In this document: piece by piece, positions 39,972 through 53,679 of the stretch
Layout of the letters: each line of letters begins with the position of its first letter
Numbering within the stretch: the first letter of the stretch is position 1
DNA from: Octopus vulgaris
Lineage: Eukaryota
Assembly: GCA_951406725.2 (NCBI GenBank)
Contig: OX597818.1
Span: forward strand, 80,290,001-80,354,000
Direction: 5' to 3'
DNA length: 64,000 nucleotides
Translations under genes and position numbers: made by a program
The notes under the pieces: generated by a model
Databases searched by the model: none
What the model saw: only the letters and a program-made list of their open reading frames with translations
What the model was told of the DNA's origin: nothing

Positions 39972-40535
39972 GTATATATATGTATGTATATGTATATATG
40001 TATACATTCTCTTTTTCTCCCTCTACCTCCTTCATAGTTTTCTATCTGTCTGTCTCTCTCTCGTTACTCACACGTGACCATCGTCCATCTTTTTGTTCCT
40101 CACGCGACCATCTTTTCCTGCACGGACGTTTAAAGCACGGACGTGTTTCCCTCTCTCTCTCTCTCTCTTCTATCTTTTCTCTTTTTAAAAAATGTTTCTC
40201 CCGGTGTTCAATATTTTCCATTCGTTCTGGTGTAACGACCCTCCATGCTTCTTTTCACTCGGTTTCCTTGAATGTCTCCACTGTCATTTTCTTGTTCCCT
40301 ATTTTGACTCTCCATAAATCCTAAATTTTATTTTAGAATTTATGGGAGCAACTGTCTTTGAAGACTCATATTGCCGCTGAAAGCTCGAAATGAGAAGTGG
40401 ATAGACAGCCGAAAACTGATGAAGGGTCGTTCTCTGTGTTTACTTGTCCTGTTTTCCATTTTTTCTCGTTGTTTACGTATTTCATGTTATTGGGACCGTT
40501 GTTGACGTCCTGTACATATATATGCATATTTGCAT

Positions 40536-40589
<54 letters not shown>

Positions 40590-40591
<2 letters not shown>

Positions 40592-40799
40592 GTGATCTCT
40601 TGAGCACCACCAGCAAAAATATTTTTTTCCTCTGTCTTCCCTTCTCGGGATCTTTCCTTCTCCTTTGTTTCCGACGAAGAGCTCCGCTCGAAACGTTAAA
40701 CCCTCCTTCCCTTCTTTACTGAGCGTCAAATAATACTTTAATTGTTCCACGTCCTCGCGTTGCTGTGTTTTTTTCTGTGTTTTCTTGTTTGGATTAACT
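40590..40799 (+). mobile_element. Short hammerhead-bearing PLE-type element in (TA)n
   Basis: HHR 40667-40701 GTTT-CCGACGA-A-GAGC(TCC)GCTC-GAAA-CG-TT^AAAC; homologous to 56660-56865 on the minus strand. Confidence 0.75.
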
Positions 40800-40824
40800 A
40801 TATATATATATATATATATATATA

Positions 40825-41224
40825 GGTACAGGAGTGGCTGTGTGGTAAGTAGCTTGCTTACCAACCACATTGTTTCGGGTTCATTCCCACTGTGTGACTG
40901 TGTGGCACCTTGGGCAAGTGTCTTCTACTATAGCCTCGGGTTATAGTAGTGGATTTGGTAGGCGGAAACTGAAAGAAGCCCGTCGTATATATGTACATAT
41001 ATATATGTGTGTGTATATGTTTGTGTGTCTGTGTTTGTCCCCCCCCCCAACATAGCTTGACAACCGATACTGGTGTGTTTACGCCCCCGTAACTTAGCGG
41101 TTCGTCAAAATAGACCGATAGAATAAGTACTAGGCTTACAAAGAATAAGTCCTGAGGTCGATTTGCTCGACTAAAGGCGGTGCTTCAGCATAGCCGCAGT
41201 CAAATAACTGAAGCAAGTAAAGAG
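40825..41224 (+). mobile_element. CORE-type SINE
   Basis: Family motifs. Confidence 0.88.
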
Positions 41225-41319
41225 TATATATATACATACACACAGATATATACATACATATACGTATACGTATATATATGTATATGTATATATAAATATA
41301 TGTTTTATATATATATCTA

Positions 41320-42926
41320 CAGTGGGGGGAAATATATATTCGTACACGTCAAAATTATTTATTTAATTTCTAATGAACATAAATGGGATATACCAATACT
41401 ATATTTGCATACACATGCATAAACTAAGAATATGCGAAAGAAACTAATAAATTATTGTAACTAAGGAATTTATATACAATCATAAATATTTAGAGGTAAA
41501 AAAAGTATTCGTACAGAATAAATTTATGATTTTCTAAGCCACAAAATACTGTTAAAATAATTTTTTTTTTTACTAGAACTTTCTCGTTTGTTCCAATAAT
41601 CTTATCAGTTGTCATTTTTAAGTGTCAAAATGCTAGCTTCTTCATTCAGCACTGAGACAACATAAAGTAGTATCATAATAATGGCGAAAAGTAAAGAACT
41701 CAGAAATACAGTGAAAAACTTAATTATTGAACAGCGGAAAGCAGGTAAAAGTTACAGGAAAATATCAGAGACCCTTTGTATTCTATTTTCTACCATATCT
41801 TCATTTATTCAAAGATATAAAAATTCGGGAACTGTTGAAAACAGAATAAGATCCAGTGCACCATGCAAGATTTCCCCGAGATCTTTAAGAAAAATGAAGT
41901 GAAGAATCGAAAAAAAAATGCAATGATCACCAGAAAGGAGTTGCAAGAAGATTTGTTAGCTTCAATGACTAGTGTTACACTATGAACAATCAGCAATGAA
42001 CTTCATAGGAATGAACTGAGGTCACGCTCTCCTAGAAAAACTCCGCTGTTGACTAAAAGGCATAGAGATGCCCGTTTAAAATTTGTTTATGAACATAAAG
42101 ATAAACCTGATACATTCTGGGAAAATGTTTTATGGACAGACGAGTCGAAAATTGAATTGTTTGGAAGAAATTCGCGTAGCTATGTTTGGAGGAAAGATGG
42201 TACTACCTATTCGCCGAAAAACACAATTCCTATCATAAAGTTTGGAGGTGGTAACATCATGGAGTGGGGGTGTTTCTCTGCAAATGGTACTGGCAATTTA
42301 CATGTGATAGATGGTAGAATGAATGCAGAGATGTACCAAAATATTTTGAACAATGATTTATGGGACTCTGTAGAAAAGCTCCAGCTTTGTGAAGGGTGGG
42401 TTTTACAACAGGTTAACGACCCTAAGCACACGGCGAAGTCTACCAAAAAATGGATTGTCGATCACAATATAAAATTATTAGAATGGCCAAGCCAGTCACC
42501 TGACTTGAGCCCCATTGAAAATTTGGGGCGTTATTTGGAAATTAAAATTCATTCAAGAGCTCCAACGTGCATTCCAGATTTGAAGAAAATTTGTCAAGAA
42601 GAATGGGAAAAAATTCCTAAAGAAACATGCGAGTCGTTGATTAAAAACTACAAGAAGTGATTGGTTGAAGTGGAACTGAATAATGGTTATGCTACGATGT
42701 ATTAAATCAGAATTATCAGTTGTTTATGTTCTGTACGAATACTTTTTCACCCATAAATATTTATAATTGTATATAAATTCCTTAGTAACTATAATTTATT
42801 AGCTTCTTTTGCATATTCTTAGTTTATGCATGTGTTAGCAAATATAGTATTGGTATATCTTATTTATGTTCATTAGAAATTAGAAAAATAAAGAATTTTG
42901 ACATGTACGAATATTTATTTCCCCCA

Positions 42927-42929
<3 letters not shown>
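41320..42929 (+). mobile_element. Full-length Tc1 (DD34E) element with ~200-bp IR/DR-type TIRs
   Basis: TA-CAGTGGGGG..CCCCCACTG-TA; TATTCGTACA repeated at both ends of the TIR. Confidence 0.95.
41681..42705 (+). pseudogene. Tc1 transposase pseudogene
   Basis: MAKSKEL..; VLWTDESKIELFG; KFGGGNIM; QQVNDPKH (catalytic D to V); WPSQSPDLSPIE; frameshift and stops. Confidence 0.93.
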
Positions 42930-42999
<70 letters not shown>

Positions 43000-43629
43000 C
43001 GTATATATGTGTGTGCTTGTGCTTGTTTAGACAACTGGAGTTGGTTTGTTTACGTCCTCGTAACTTACAGGTTCGGCAAAAGTCATCGATAGAATAAGTA
43101 CCAAATATATAAATATTTACTGTTTAAATGCAAGTACTGGAGTCGATTTGTTCGACAAAACCCCTCACGACGCCCCCCCCCCATGGATGCATTCCAATAA
43201 CTGAAACAAGTAAAAAGAAAACGACAAAAATATATTTAAAAAAAACAAAACAAGAACAAAACAATGAAAAGCAAGATCAGGGCATACATTACTGCAACCA
43301 GAAATAGAAACCAATGACAAATTCAGTACCGTAACAAATTACCACTTATTCAATGATGCAGCCGAGACAGATGCTGCTTGTATGAAACCCCAAGCGAGAA
43401 CTTCTTATCTTACATGCAGTTCACCATGCATATGATGCAATGCAACGCAGTCGCTACACTATCGTTTGTCACTTATATATTTTTTTCACAATTGGAATTT
43501 AGACTAAATTTAGTTAGGTGTGAAATATTAGGTTTCTTACTTACTTACTTACGCACGTAGACACCTATATGAAGTTTGTATGTATGTATATGTATATGCA
43601 CGTGTGTGTGAGTATATATATATACACAC

Positions 43630-43664
<35 letters not shown>

Positions 43665-43770
43665 CACATGTATGTATATATATGTATATATATATGTATA
43701 TATGTGTGTATAAATATATATACATACACAAACACATATATGTATATGTATGTGTATATACATATATATA

Positions 43771-44120
<350 letters not shown>

Positions 44121-44729
44121 TGTATGTATATATGTATGTGTATATAAAATTAGCAATGGTTAGGAAAAATCGAAAGTGAAATAATGGAAATTTAATCATT
44201 AGAATAAAAAAAGTATAAAGGATGAAAATCGATGAAAGGGAGACGAAAATGCATGTGTATGTCTGTCTTTATGCGTATGTGCTTTTGAGTGTATGCATGT
44301 GGAGAGAGAGAGAGAGAGAGGAGAGGAGAGGGAGGGAGGGAGGGAGAGAGAGGACAATGTGAGGGGAGGGCGAGATAGGGATGTAACTGAAACCTATAGC
44401 TAATGTATACATTTACAGAACTCTGTGATTTTAATTAAAATCTATTTCAAGTGCACAGAGTGTGATTGGAGACAGAGAAGATGAAAATAGACCTATTTAC
44501 TTATCCACATACATACATACATACATACATACATACATACATACATACATACATACATACATACATACATAAGAATTTAAAAAAATTCGATATAACATGA
44601 AATATTTTGTGGGGAACAGTGGATCTCCAAGCATATAACGCTACTAAAAATAGCATGTAAGTATTGGGTTACGTGTTTACATACTATATCTTTATAACTT
44701 TATGTGCTCCGAGAACCACTGTCCCCACA

Positions 44730-44839
<110 letters not shown>

Positions 44840-45213
44840 AATATATATATAAAAGTCTCCAAGTGCTAGGTGTCTGGCATGGTTTGTCCGATGTTACAGA
44901 TATCGGACGGGTATGTTTGATTCTTAGTATTTTCAAATCTAAATCAGAAGAAATCTCTGAGCTGATGAAGGAAAAGTGGCGTTTTACCCACAAATCCAGA
45001 AACAGACTGTCCTCGGGTATCTTATATGGATGTGATCTTTCATTGTTTTTCCCTTATACCTATGTGAGTTATTTTCTGAGTATGCATTGTCTGGAGACTT
45101 TTATTTGCAGTTGAAGAAATAGCCAAATTTTTGGCTGCTATTTCTGAAAAGTTCGGTATGTGGTAAAGTGAATTTTTTTACTTTACCATATTTTTATAAA
45201 TTAATACTTTAAA

Positions 45214-45316
<103 letters not shown>

Positions 45317-45535
45317 ATGTATGTATGTGTGTGTGTGTGCGTGTATGTGTATATATATATATATAATCATATCAAAGGGAAATGGAAATTAATTAAAATT
45401 TACATTTCCAGTGGTCTAACGTGTAAAAAAATTTATATACATATATATGTATATAAATTGTGAAAATGTTATGGACAAGGTGTCTAATTTCGGCATATTT
45501 GGCATTAGAAATTTTTTCATTTGCCCTTATTTATG

Positions 45536-45588
<53 letters not shown>

Positions 45589-45593
<5 letters not shown>

Positions 45594-46368
45594 GAGGGAG
45601 ATAAGTTAATATTAATTTTAATATCAATTTAAAACCAGTAGTCTAGCATACAAAAATTCTGAGAAGTCAGAGAAAATTCTAATATATGTGTATATTGGCA
45701 GGGCAAGACTGCTAGGTAGTCGGCCGTATGCTAGAAATAGATCATCAACGATCAAACTACAAAGAAAGTTCTCTAGAGCAAAAATTCAGCGAACACCATA
45801 ACCAAATTTGGCGGGCAGGACAGATGAAAATTTATATAAAAAAAACAGAATCAATTGCATACCTCGGTTTCGGCCTTTAACAAAAGAATTACTTACATAA
45901 TTCAAATGTCCGTGGCTTCATCAGTACAATCGTTCAGTGTAAATGCAATCTACAAAACTAACCCCGGCTTTCTGTGCCAAGACAGACACATGCTTAGTTT
46001 TACCGATTACATTAGGGATAAAATTTCAAATGTCTTGGTTTCGGCGCGCTAAGAAATTCCTGAAGCGAAGAACTGCAGTAAATAATTCACTGCGGTTAGC
46101 GCTTGCTACTAGAGAACGTATTTATTTCAATATTTAAATAATGAGGGAGATAAATTAATATTAATTTTAATATCAATTTAAAACCAGTAGTCTAGCATAC
46201 AAAAAATCTGAGAAGTCAGAGAAAATTCTAATATATGTGTATATTGGCAGGGCAAGACTGCTAGGTAGTCGGCCGTATGCTAGAAATTTGTAGTTTGATC
46301 GTTGATGATCTATTTCTAGCATACGGCCGACTACCTAGCAGTCTTGCCCTGCCAATATACACATATAT
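45589..46368 (-). mobile_element. Non-coding retrozyme-like element: 549-bp monomer + 150-bp direct repeat + ~80-bp inverted copy, in (TA)n
   Basis: 45589-45738 repeats at 46138-46287 (2 mismatches); 46287-46368 is the reverse complement of ~45682-45763; contains an HHR. Confidence 0.85.
45854..45930 (-). ncRNA. Type-I hammerhead ribozyme, intact core, extended stem II
   Basis: ATTGTA-CTGATGA-AGCC..GAATTA(TGTAAG)TAATTC..GGCC-GAAA-CCGAGG-TA^TGCAAT. Confidence 0.8.
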
Positions 46369-46384
46369 ATATATATACATATAC

Positions 46385-46546
46385 AGCCACTACACACATT
46401 TTTTTCTCTCCTTATTTTTTCTGTGTACCTTTCTGTAGAAGACCGTAGGCTCAAAACGTAAAAGACTTTTTTTATTCCTGAGCGTTATACTAATACATCT
46501 GTTTGTTTGTACACCACCTGTCTTCGTCTTTTGTTTTTTTCGTAAA

Positions 46547-46548
<2 letters not shown>
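46385..46548 (+). mobile_element. Short PLE-type element with decayed hammerhead (46429-46464)
   Basis: CTTT-CTGTAGA-A-GACC(GTAG)GCTC-AAAA-CG-TA-AAAG followed by CCTGAGCG as in the 40590/56660 family. Confidence 0.6.
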
Positions 46549-46596
<48 letters not shown>

Positions 46597-46597
<1 letters not shown>

Positions 46598-47250
46598 TAG
46601 ATGTACCCGCCGCGACCCGTTGGTCACAACTTCTCCAAGCTAAAAATGTCGAACGTGCGGTAGCAAAGGAAAAATATACTAATTCGAACTTCATGCAATA
46701 AAATTCTTAAATAATACAGTTTTCCTGCCTTTAGTGTAACAACATAAACATGACCAAGTGTTTCTTCTTTGAAAACGTTCAAATGGGCTTTAACTTCTTT
46801 CCTCGCTCTCTTCTTTGCCATTCTTTATTACCATAGTTCCAATTGAAATACATGAGTACTTCAGCATAAAGTAATGTTTTTGCAAAGTCGTCATTGATAC
46901 ACAATGAAAAGAATTCTGTCTGTGTTGTTCTCATATGTCGTTCATTGACAGCCATTTTTATATCCTCATTGTTTCTGAGCAATATTTTTTGTTCATCTGG
47001 TAGACGAACTTGTAGTATCTGTACTGCAGGTGCTCTTTCATGAATCGAAAATCCTAAAATGGACGCAACTGCTGCGAATGATTCAATATCTCTACTCATT
47101 AGATTTTGACTAATATCACTGTTTATTTGAACGGCAGCTTGGTCATTGACTTTCAGCGTGTACTTAATGACGTACTTCACTGACCTCCACCACCGAGGCA
47201 ACGATTTCAACATTGCAGTGGCATTTGAATGCTCTTAAATGAGTTTCATT
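46597..47250 (-). mobile_element. Helitron deletion derivative with a RepHel fragment
   Basis: LRAFKCHCNVEI; SVKYVIKYTLK; FSIHERAPAV; LYAEV..YF.W; LYYLRILLHEVR; 3' hairpin + CTAG. Confidence 0.85.
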
Positions 47251-47274
47251 ATAAAGTACATATATAATAAGTAC

Positions 47275-47305
<31 letters not shown>

Positions 47306-48384
47306 TGTATGTATGTATGTATGTATGTATGTATATATGTATGTGTGTGTGTTTGTATTCATATATATATATTTACATATACATACATACATACATATAT
47401 ATATATACATATATATATATATACATATATACATATGTATATATATATACATATATACATGTATATATACATACACGCATACATACATGCATACATACAT
47501 ACATATATATATATACATACACACACACATACATACGTACGTACATACACAAATTTGTGAGTTTTGTTTTGTGTAGAACATACTTTTCCATAAAGCAAAC
47601 CGTTTACAATTCTTTAATTCTCCGTAGTTGCTTTTCTTGTGTATCTAACTTATAGAAACTAGGTTCCACGGGAAGACTCACCAAAGAAACGAAAGACTCT
47701 CTCAAATCTAATCTGAAAATAAAGAAAAAACAAAACAAACAATGAAATAAATACAATATTCATATAAGACGTTTGGTAAAAATGCAGTTTAATGCACATG
47801 ATGGAAAAAAAAAAGGAAAAAGAATTCTATGTATATAATCAACCATAAAAGATTCATGCTAAATATGAAATATTTAAATCAGATGCAGGGAAACGAAGCC
47901 CTGTTATTATTTGTAATCCCTTCAAATGATCTGCTTGTAATAGATTTGGCCTTTTTAAAGGCTGGTCTGGGGAACCTCTCAGTTATATATATTAACGAAA
48001 AGAAGCTAAAATCAGATCATCGTCATTTAGAGGAATATATATCAACTGTGAATATGAGAATAAACTGTTCGGGAACAAATCACTGGTGGCCCTTTTGGCA
48101 AGACCTCGCACCCGGTAACGACCCGAGCCAAGGTCACGTTAAAATCGAGGGATGCAGCATGGCGGATGCGAACTATTTTAGTTAATTGGCTTGTTGAGTT
48201 AATGGTCAATATCACAAGATGCTAAGTGGATGAGCAGTCAACAAATTGTCAACGGCCAGGGTCAACCAATTCATTTAGCAAACTACTGCAATCATCTACG
48301 GCATTAATGTCAATCGCGTTCAACAAATAAATTATAATTTGTCTCTGTCTCCCTCTCATTTTTGATCTGTGTGTGTGCCAATTC

Positions 48385-48726
48385 TTATTTCTTTATTGCC
48401 CACAAACAGGTATTTAATTTATCGACCCCGAAAGGATGAACGGCAAAGTCGACCTCGGCGAAATTTGAACTCAGAACGTAGCGGCAGACGAAATACCTCT
48501 TTCTTTATTACCCACAAGGGGCTAAACATAGAGGGCACAAACAAGGACAGACAAAGGGATTAAGTCGATTACATCGACCCCAGTGCGTAACTGGTACTTA
48601 TTTAATCGACCCCGAAAGGATGAAAAGCAAAGTCGACCTCGGCGGAATTTGAACACAGAACGTAACGGCAGACGAAATGTCGCTAAGCATTTCGCCCGGC
48701 GTGCTAACGTTGCTGCCAGCTCGCCG
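48385..48726 (-). mobile_element. Meta-like SINE dimer
   Basis: Two bodies, one head; imperfect flanking repeat GTGTGCCAATTCT/GTGTACCAGTTCT. Confidence 0.85.
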
Positions 48727-48773
48727 TGTACCAGTTCTGTGTGCACACATACATACATACATACATACATACA

Positions 48774-48804
<31 letters not shown>

Positions 48805-48810
48805 TTACAT

Positions 48811-48841
<31 letters not shown>

Positions 48842-49875
48842 TATACACATATGTAAATATATACACACCTATATACACACATATATATATGCACACACAT
48901 ACATATGCATGCATCTATATACATAATCATCATGCTGATGATGGTTATTGACCGGGAAACAGGTGTTCGCGAATGTCCTCTTCATGACATGTTAACTTTG
49001 GAGAATCCTTCAATCTTGAGATTATCTCCCCAACTCACATGAAGCTGGTATTAATTGCCATTTGTTAATTATAATATCTTCTAGAGTGGGAGAATGATGT
49101 ATGGTACTTGATATACTTGTATCTATCTATGTTGATCAATTGCTTATAAGTTTTTTTCTTAATTTCGAAATATGTTATCATTAAATGGTTTTGTATAATT
49201 TCAAAATACAATGGAAAATAAAGGTTGTCACAGTTCTTTTCTACCGGTTTCATCTCTAATTAAATATCTTTAGAATCATTAACTGTTTATCTTTTTAAAA
49301 TACAATGTCATTAGATGATTTTGCATAATTCCAAACACAATGCAAAACAATAAGGGTAGTGTTGAGAATGTAAACACGTTAGTAACAATTAGTAACAAGT
49401 GACACAATATCATTCCATGGGACAAATTTATCTCAAAGGGCGTAATATAATCATAACTTTTGAAAGAATGCATTTAATTTCCGTTGATATATTTTTCTAA
49501 AATATAGAAAATATAGAAAGAACACACCACCAGTGTTCTTTCATTATTGTTGTTGAGTCGCAACTCTTAAAAACAAGGAAAATAATCAAATCCAGCTGAA
49601 CATGCTTTTCACAATATCTTAAATGCTGATTCTGTCGAAAATTGTTTTGTTTATGGCTGCTTTATTTGCTATGGATGTTAGATGTTGTATCACTCTTCTA
49701 TTGAGTGTCAGGCTAGTTTAACCAATATCATTTCTCAACTACCTTTATTAAAACATTAAATTTTGGGAGCAACATGGAAAACTATTTCTAATTTTAAAAA
49801 GACGCTCAATAAATCGTTACATTTTTCATAGTTAAGTTGGTTATATTTACTTTCTTTTACATTAAGTTTTGTATG

Positions 49876-50255
49876 GGCGCAGGTATGATTGTGTAGTTAA
49901 GAAGCTTCGTATGTAACTACGGGGTTTCAAGTTCGGTCCCATTGCGTACATTGAGCAAGTGTCTTCTACTACTACCGTGGACCGACCAATGCGTTGTAAG
50001 TAAATTTGGGAGACGGAAGTTGTGAGGAAATCAGTCGCATGTATATATGTGTGTATACATATTTGTGTCTTTGTGTCTATGTTTGTTTCCCTAACCCCAT
50101 CTGACAATTGATGTTGGTTGTTTATCTCCCCGTAAGTTAGCAGTTCGGCAAACAAGAGTGTGATAGATTTAAAAATAAATACTGGAGCAGATTTGTCCGC
50201 TTTCAATATAGTGCTCCAGCATGACCGCATTTCAGTGACCGAAACAAATACAAGA
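49876..50255 (+). mobile_element. Diverged CORE-type SINE
   Basis: Family motifs. Confidence 0.8.
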
Positions 50256-50257
50256 TA

Positions 50258-51549
50258 CGAGGGGCGTTCAATAAGTAATGCCTCTGACCCACTTGCCTTT
50301 GTTTGATCTAGCTGAAATTTTGCATGTGCAATTATTAATATCTCTATAGATTAAGTGGCAAATTACAGCTCCGAACTAATTGTGGTTTCTGATTTATAGG
50401 TGTTTGAAATGAGTCAAGTGGGAAATGGAGCATGTTGAGTGTCGAGCAGTGATCTGGTTTTTGTATTTGAAATGACGCACACCACAGGAGACTTTTAATG
50501 AAATGAAAGTAACTTATGGTGATGATGCCCCATCATATGACCTTGTAAAACGCTGGCATCGTAAATTCAAACATGGTCGGAACTCTGTGGAAACAGCTCC
50601 CAGATCTGGTCGCACCCCTTCTGCCATTGATGAGGCATCTGTCCGTCAAGTTGAGGCTGCCATTTTGGAAGATCGACGCATAACTATTCGCCAAATAGCC
50701 CATGAGGTCAAGATTAGTACCGGGTCTGTGGAAACTATCATTCATGACCATTTGCATATGCAAAAGGTGCCTGCCAGATGGATTTCCAGGCTGCTCACAC
50801 CTTTCCAGAAGCAAGAACGCAAGAATTCCAGAAGCAAGAATTTAGGGATGTGCCAAGAAGATGAGTCAAAATTTTTCAAAAGACTGATTACACAGGATGA
50901 GACCTGGGTCCATCACTATGATCCAGAGACCAAAGCCCAGTCAATGCAGTGGAAGCACCATGACTCACCTCCTCCAAAGAAGGCAAGGGTGCAGCCCTCC
51001 GCTGGCAAGGTCATGCTCACAATCTTCTGGGACCAGGACGGAGTAGTGATGACAGATTTCCTGGCAAAGGGTACCACAATTACAGGAGCCTATCATGTTT
51101 CACTTTTGAGGAAATTAAGAGAAGCTATCGAAACCAAGAGGCGGGGCAAGATCAGCAAAGGCATCCTCCTCCTGCAGGACAACGCTCCGGTCCACAACTC
51201 GCGTGTTGCCAGATCAGAAGCACAGGCGTGCGGCTATGAACTCTTCCCCCATCCCCCTACTCTCCTGACCTTGCACCCTCTGATTTTCACTTCTTCCCAG
51301 CCATGGAGTTGATTTTGAAAGGAAAGCGTTTCCCAGATGATGCAGCCTTGATTTCTGAAGTCACGTCGTGGTTGGAGGACCAAGCTGGGGTCTTCTACGA
51401 AAACGGTCTCCAGAACTGCATCAAACGATGGGAGAAATGCGTACCTCTGGGTTGTTCCTATGTAGAAAAAGACTAATAACTGTGCCAAGTTTCGTTGCTC
51501 TACTGCTATGGGAAGTGGGTCAGGGGCATTACTTATTGAACGCCCCTCG
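50258..51549 (+). mobile_element. Full-length mariner element
   Basis: TIRs CGAGGGGCGTTCAATAAGTAATGCC.CTGACCC; TA TSD. Confidence 0.95.
50425..51476 (+). pseudogene. mariner DD34D transposase pseudogene
   Basis: ARWISRLLT; ITQDETWVHHYDPE; IFWDQDG; LLQDNAPVH; frameshift at HPP/YSPDLAPSD; early TGA. Confidence 0.93.
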
Positions 51550-52710
51550 TAACGAACCAGTTTTGCGTCACAAACATTTAATTTTTTTCACTTTTAAATG
51601 AATGAATATTTTTCTTTAGCTTTCTTTTTTCATCTTTTGATCTCCGAGTGATACAGGCAGGTATTGATCTTAGGCTGATGTAGGTAGGTTTTGACGATTG
51701 TTTACTCCGACGTTCTTTAGGTGAAGAGTTGACTCATGCGATATAACATTTTTCGTCTTTGTTTTATGCTTTTCAAAAGTTTCTGAATATCAATTTTTTC
51801 GTTCTTTGAATCCTGTTATTGATTAAATTCAAAGAACATTTTCGTTTTTTTCCAGCAGTCTATAATCTTTAATTGAAGTTTTCGAGAATGTTTTCTCTTA
51901 TAACTTTTACTAGTTTCGCTCATTGGACTGCGGCCAGGCTGGGGCACCACCTTATCATTCGCAGCTTCCCAGCTAGATCAGTACGTCAATTCATGCAGAA
52001 GACCTAGAACTCAGACAACTGAAGAAAACCACCAAAGAGATAGGCAAGGTGGATGAAACTAGCTCAAAGTGACTATGAGTGATAAGCGACTGCAAGCGGG
52101 ACCCTTTCGAAGATGAAGACTAGTTCAGTCCTCGCTATCCCGCTCAGGTGAAACGAAATATACACGTCATTGATTGGTTGAAATTACCGAATACGACAAC
52201 TTTAACAACAAATAACTTCCAAAATACAGAATTTTCTCAACAACGCCAAGAGTAAAAGATATTTTATGTGACACATTCTACAAGTATACGAAGTTTGAAA
52301 GTGTTTAGTAACAAAAAATTATTTTTTTTAATCTGTCGGTCAAAAGGTAAAGATCCTCATTATCATTTAGCGTCCTCTTTTTCCATGTTTGTATGGTCCA
52401 GACGAAATTTATTTTGGCAGATTATCGACAACCGGATGCCCTTCCTATCACAAACCTTCACCTATTTCCAGGCAAAGTAATCCATGACAGGACTAGTTTC
52501 TCACTGAAGATTGGAGCCAGAATGTGATGCTTGTTTACAACCATAACATGATGTCGAGACAAGAGGACACACACATACGACTAACTTCTTCCAGTTTCTG
52601 TCAAACAAATCAACTCACAAAGCTTTAGTCGGTCCGGTGCTACAGTAGAAGTGAGACTGAACACGAGATCACATTGTTAGGCAGAGAGCTTCTTAACCAT
52701 ATAGCTCCTG

Positions 52711-53679
52711 GATGTATTTGACACCGTTCAAGTTACCGTCAATTTTAACCATCTTTCTTGAACCATCACATTTTATGTATCCCCAAAGCATCAGACTCTC
52801 ACCCTCAAATTCCACTGTTTTCGTCGTGTAACGTGGATAGTTTCACTTTCTAATAAGTGAGAATTTGTCAGAAAGCCTCCAGGAAAGCGAAACAACCCAT
52901 GTTACACGACGATAACAGTGAAGTTTGGGGCTAAGAGTCTGATGCTTTGGGAATGCGTAAAAAGTGATGGTTCAAGAAAGCTGGTTAAATTTGTCGGTAA
53001 CTTGAATAGTGCCATATACATCAAGTTGCTGAAGGGCAATTTGATACCAGACTTGGATGAAGGTGAGATTTTTCAGCATGACGGAGCTCCATGTCACAGA
53101 TTGCGTGCAATACAACAGAGTCTTGTTGATGAAGGTGTTGTCGTATTGAAAGATTGACCAGCTCAGAGCCCTGACTTAAATATCATCGAGCAAATGTGTA
53201 CACTAAAGAGAAGAATTCGTCAGAAGAATCTACGCAATCTTAAAGAGTTGTGGGAACTCAACCACAGAGAATGGCATCTCATACCTGTGAAGACAGTGAA
53301 AGATTTGTACTTATCTCTTCCCAGGCGCACTGAAGTAATTATTCAAGCTAAGGGAAGCCACACGAAATATTAACAATGTACAGTAACTTCTTGAAATGAA
53401 TATTATGTAATAAATTTTCATTATATCCCTTTTTCTGTTTTAAAATACTGTATCTTGATTGGTTTATGTGAGGTGGCTGAAAACATTTGCACGGCCATTT
53501 TTGGTGGTCGTCTCGCATCTTCCTCTCTCATTCAGAACCCCTACTACAAAATATAATCATTAGGTATGGAAATGGCTCCAATAGGGCCATCTGTAAAAAA
53601 CGCAATACGCAACATCCAGTTGGTAATTAATAGAAATTTCCAATAGTTTAAAGTGGCCGAAGACTTTTGCATTGTACTG
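52711..53679 (+). mobile_element. Tc1 3' half with an inverted duplication of transposase sequence
   Basis: KFGAKSLMLW; FQHDGAPCH; PAQSPDLNIIE; KGSHTKY*; right TIR ..TTTTGCATTGTACTG-TA; 52711-52851 inverted vs 52882-53022. Confidence 0.85.

Noticed and set aside
46030-46075. Second hammerhead in the 549-bp unit (CCGAAACC on the minus strand)
   Set aside because: No CUGANGA found upstream on that strand
52095-52160. Hammerhead-like ATGAAGA..TGAAAC
   Set aside because: Core C is missing and no consistent stems I/III
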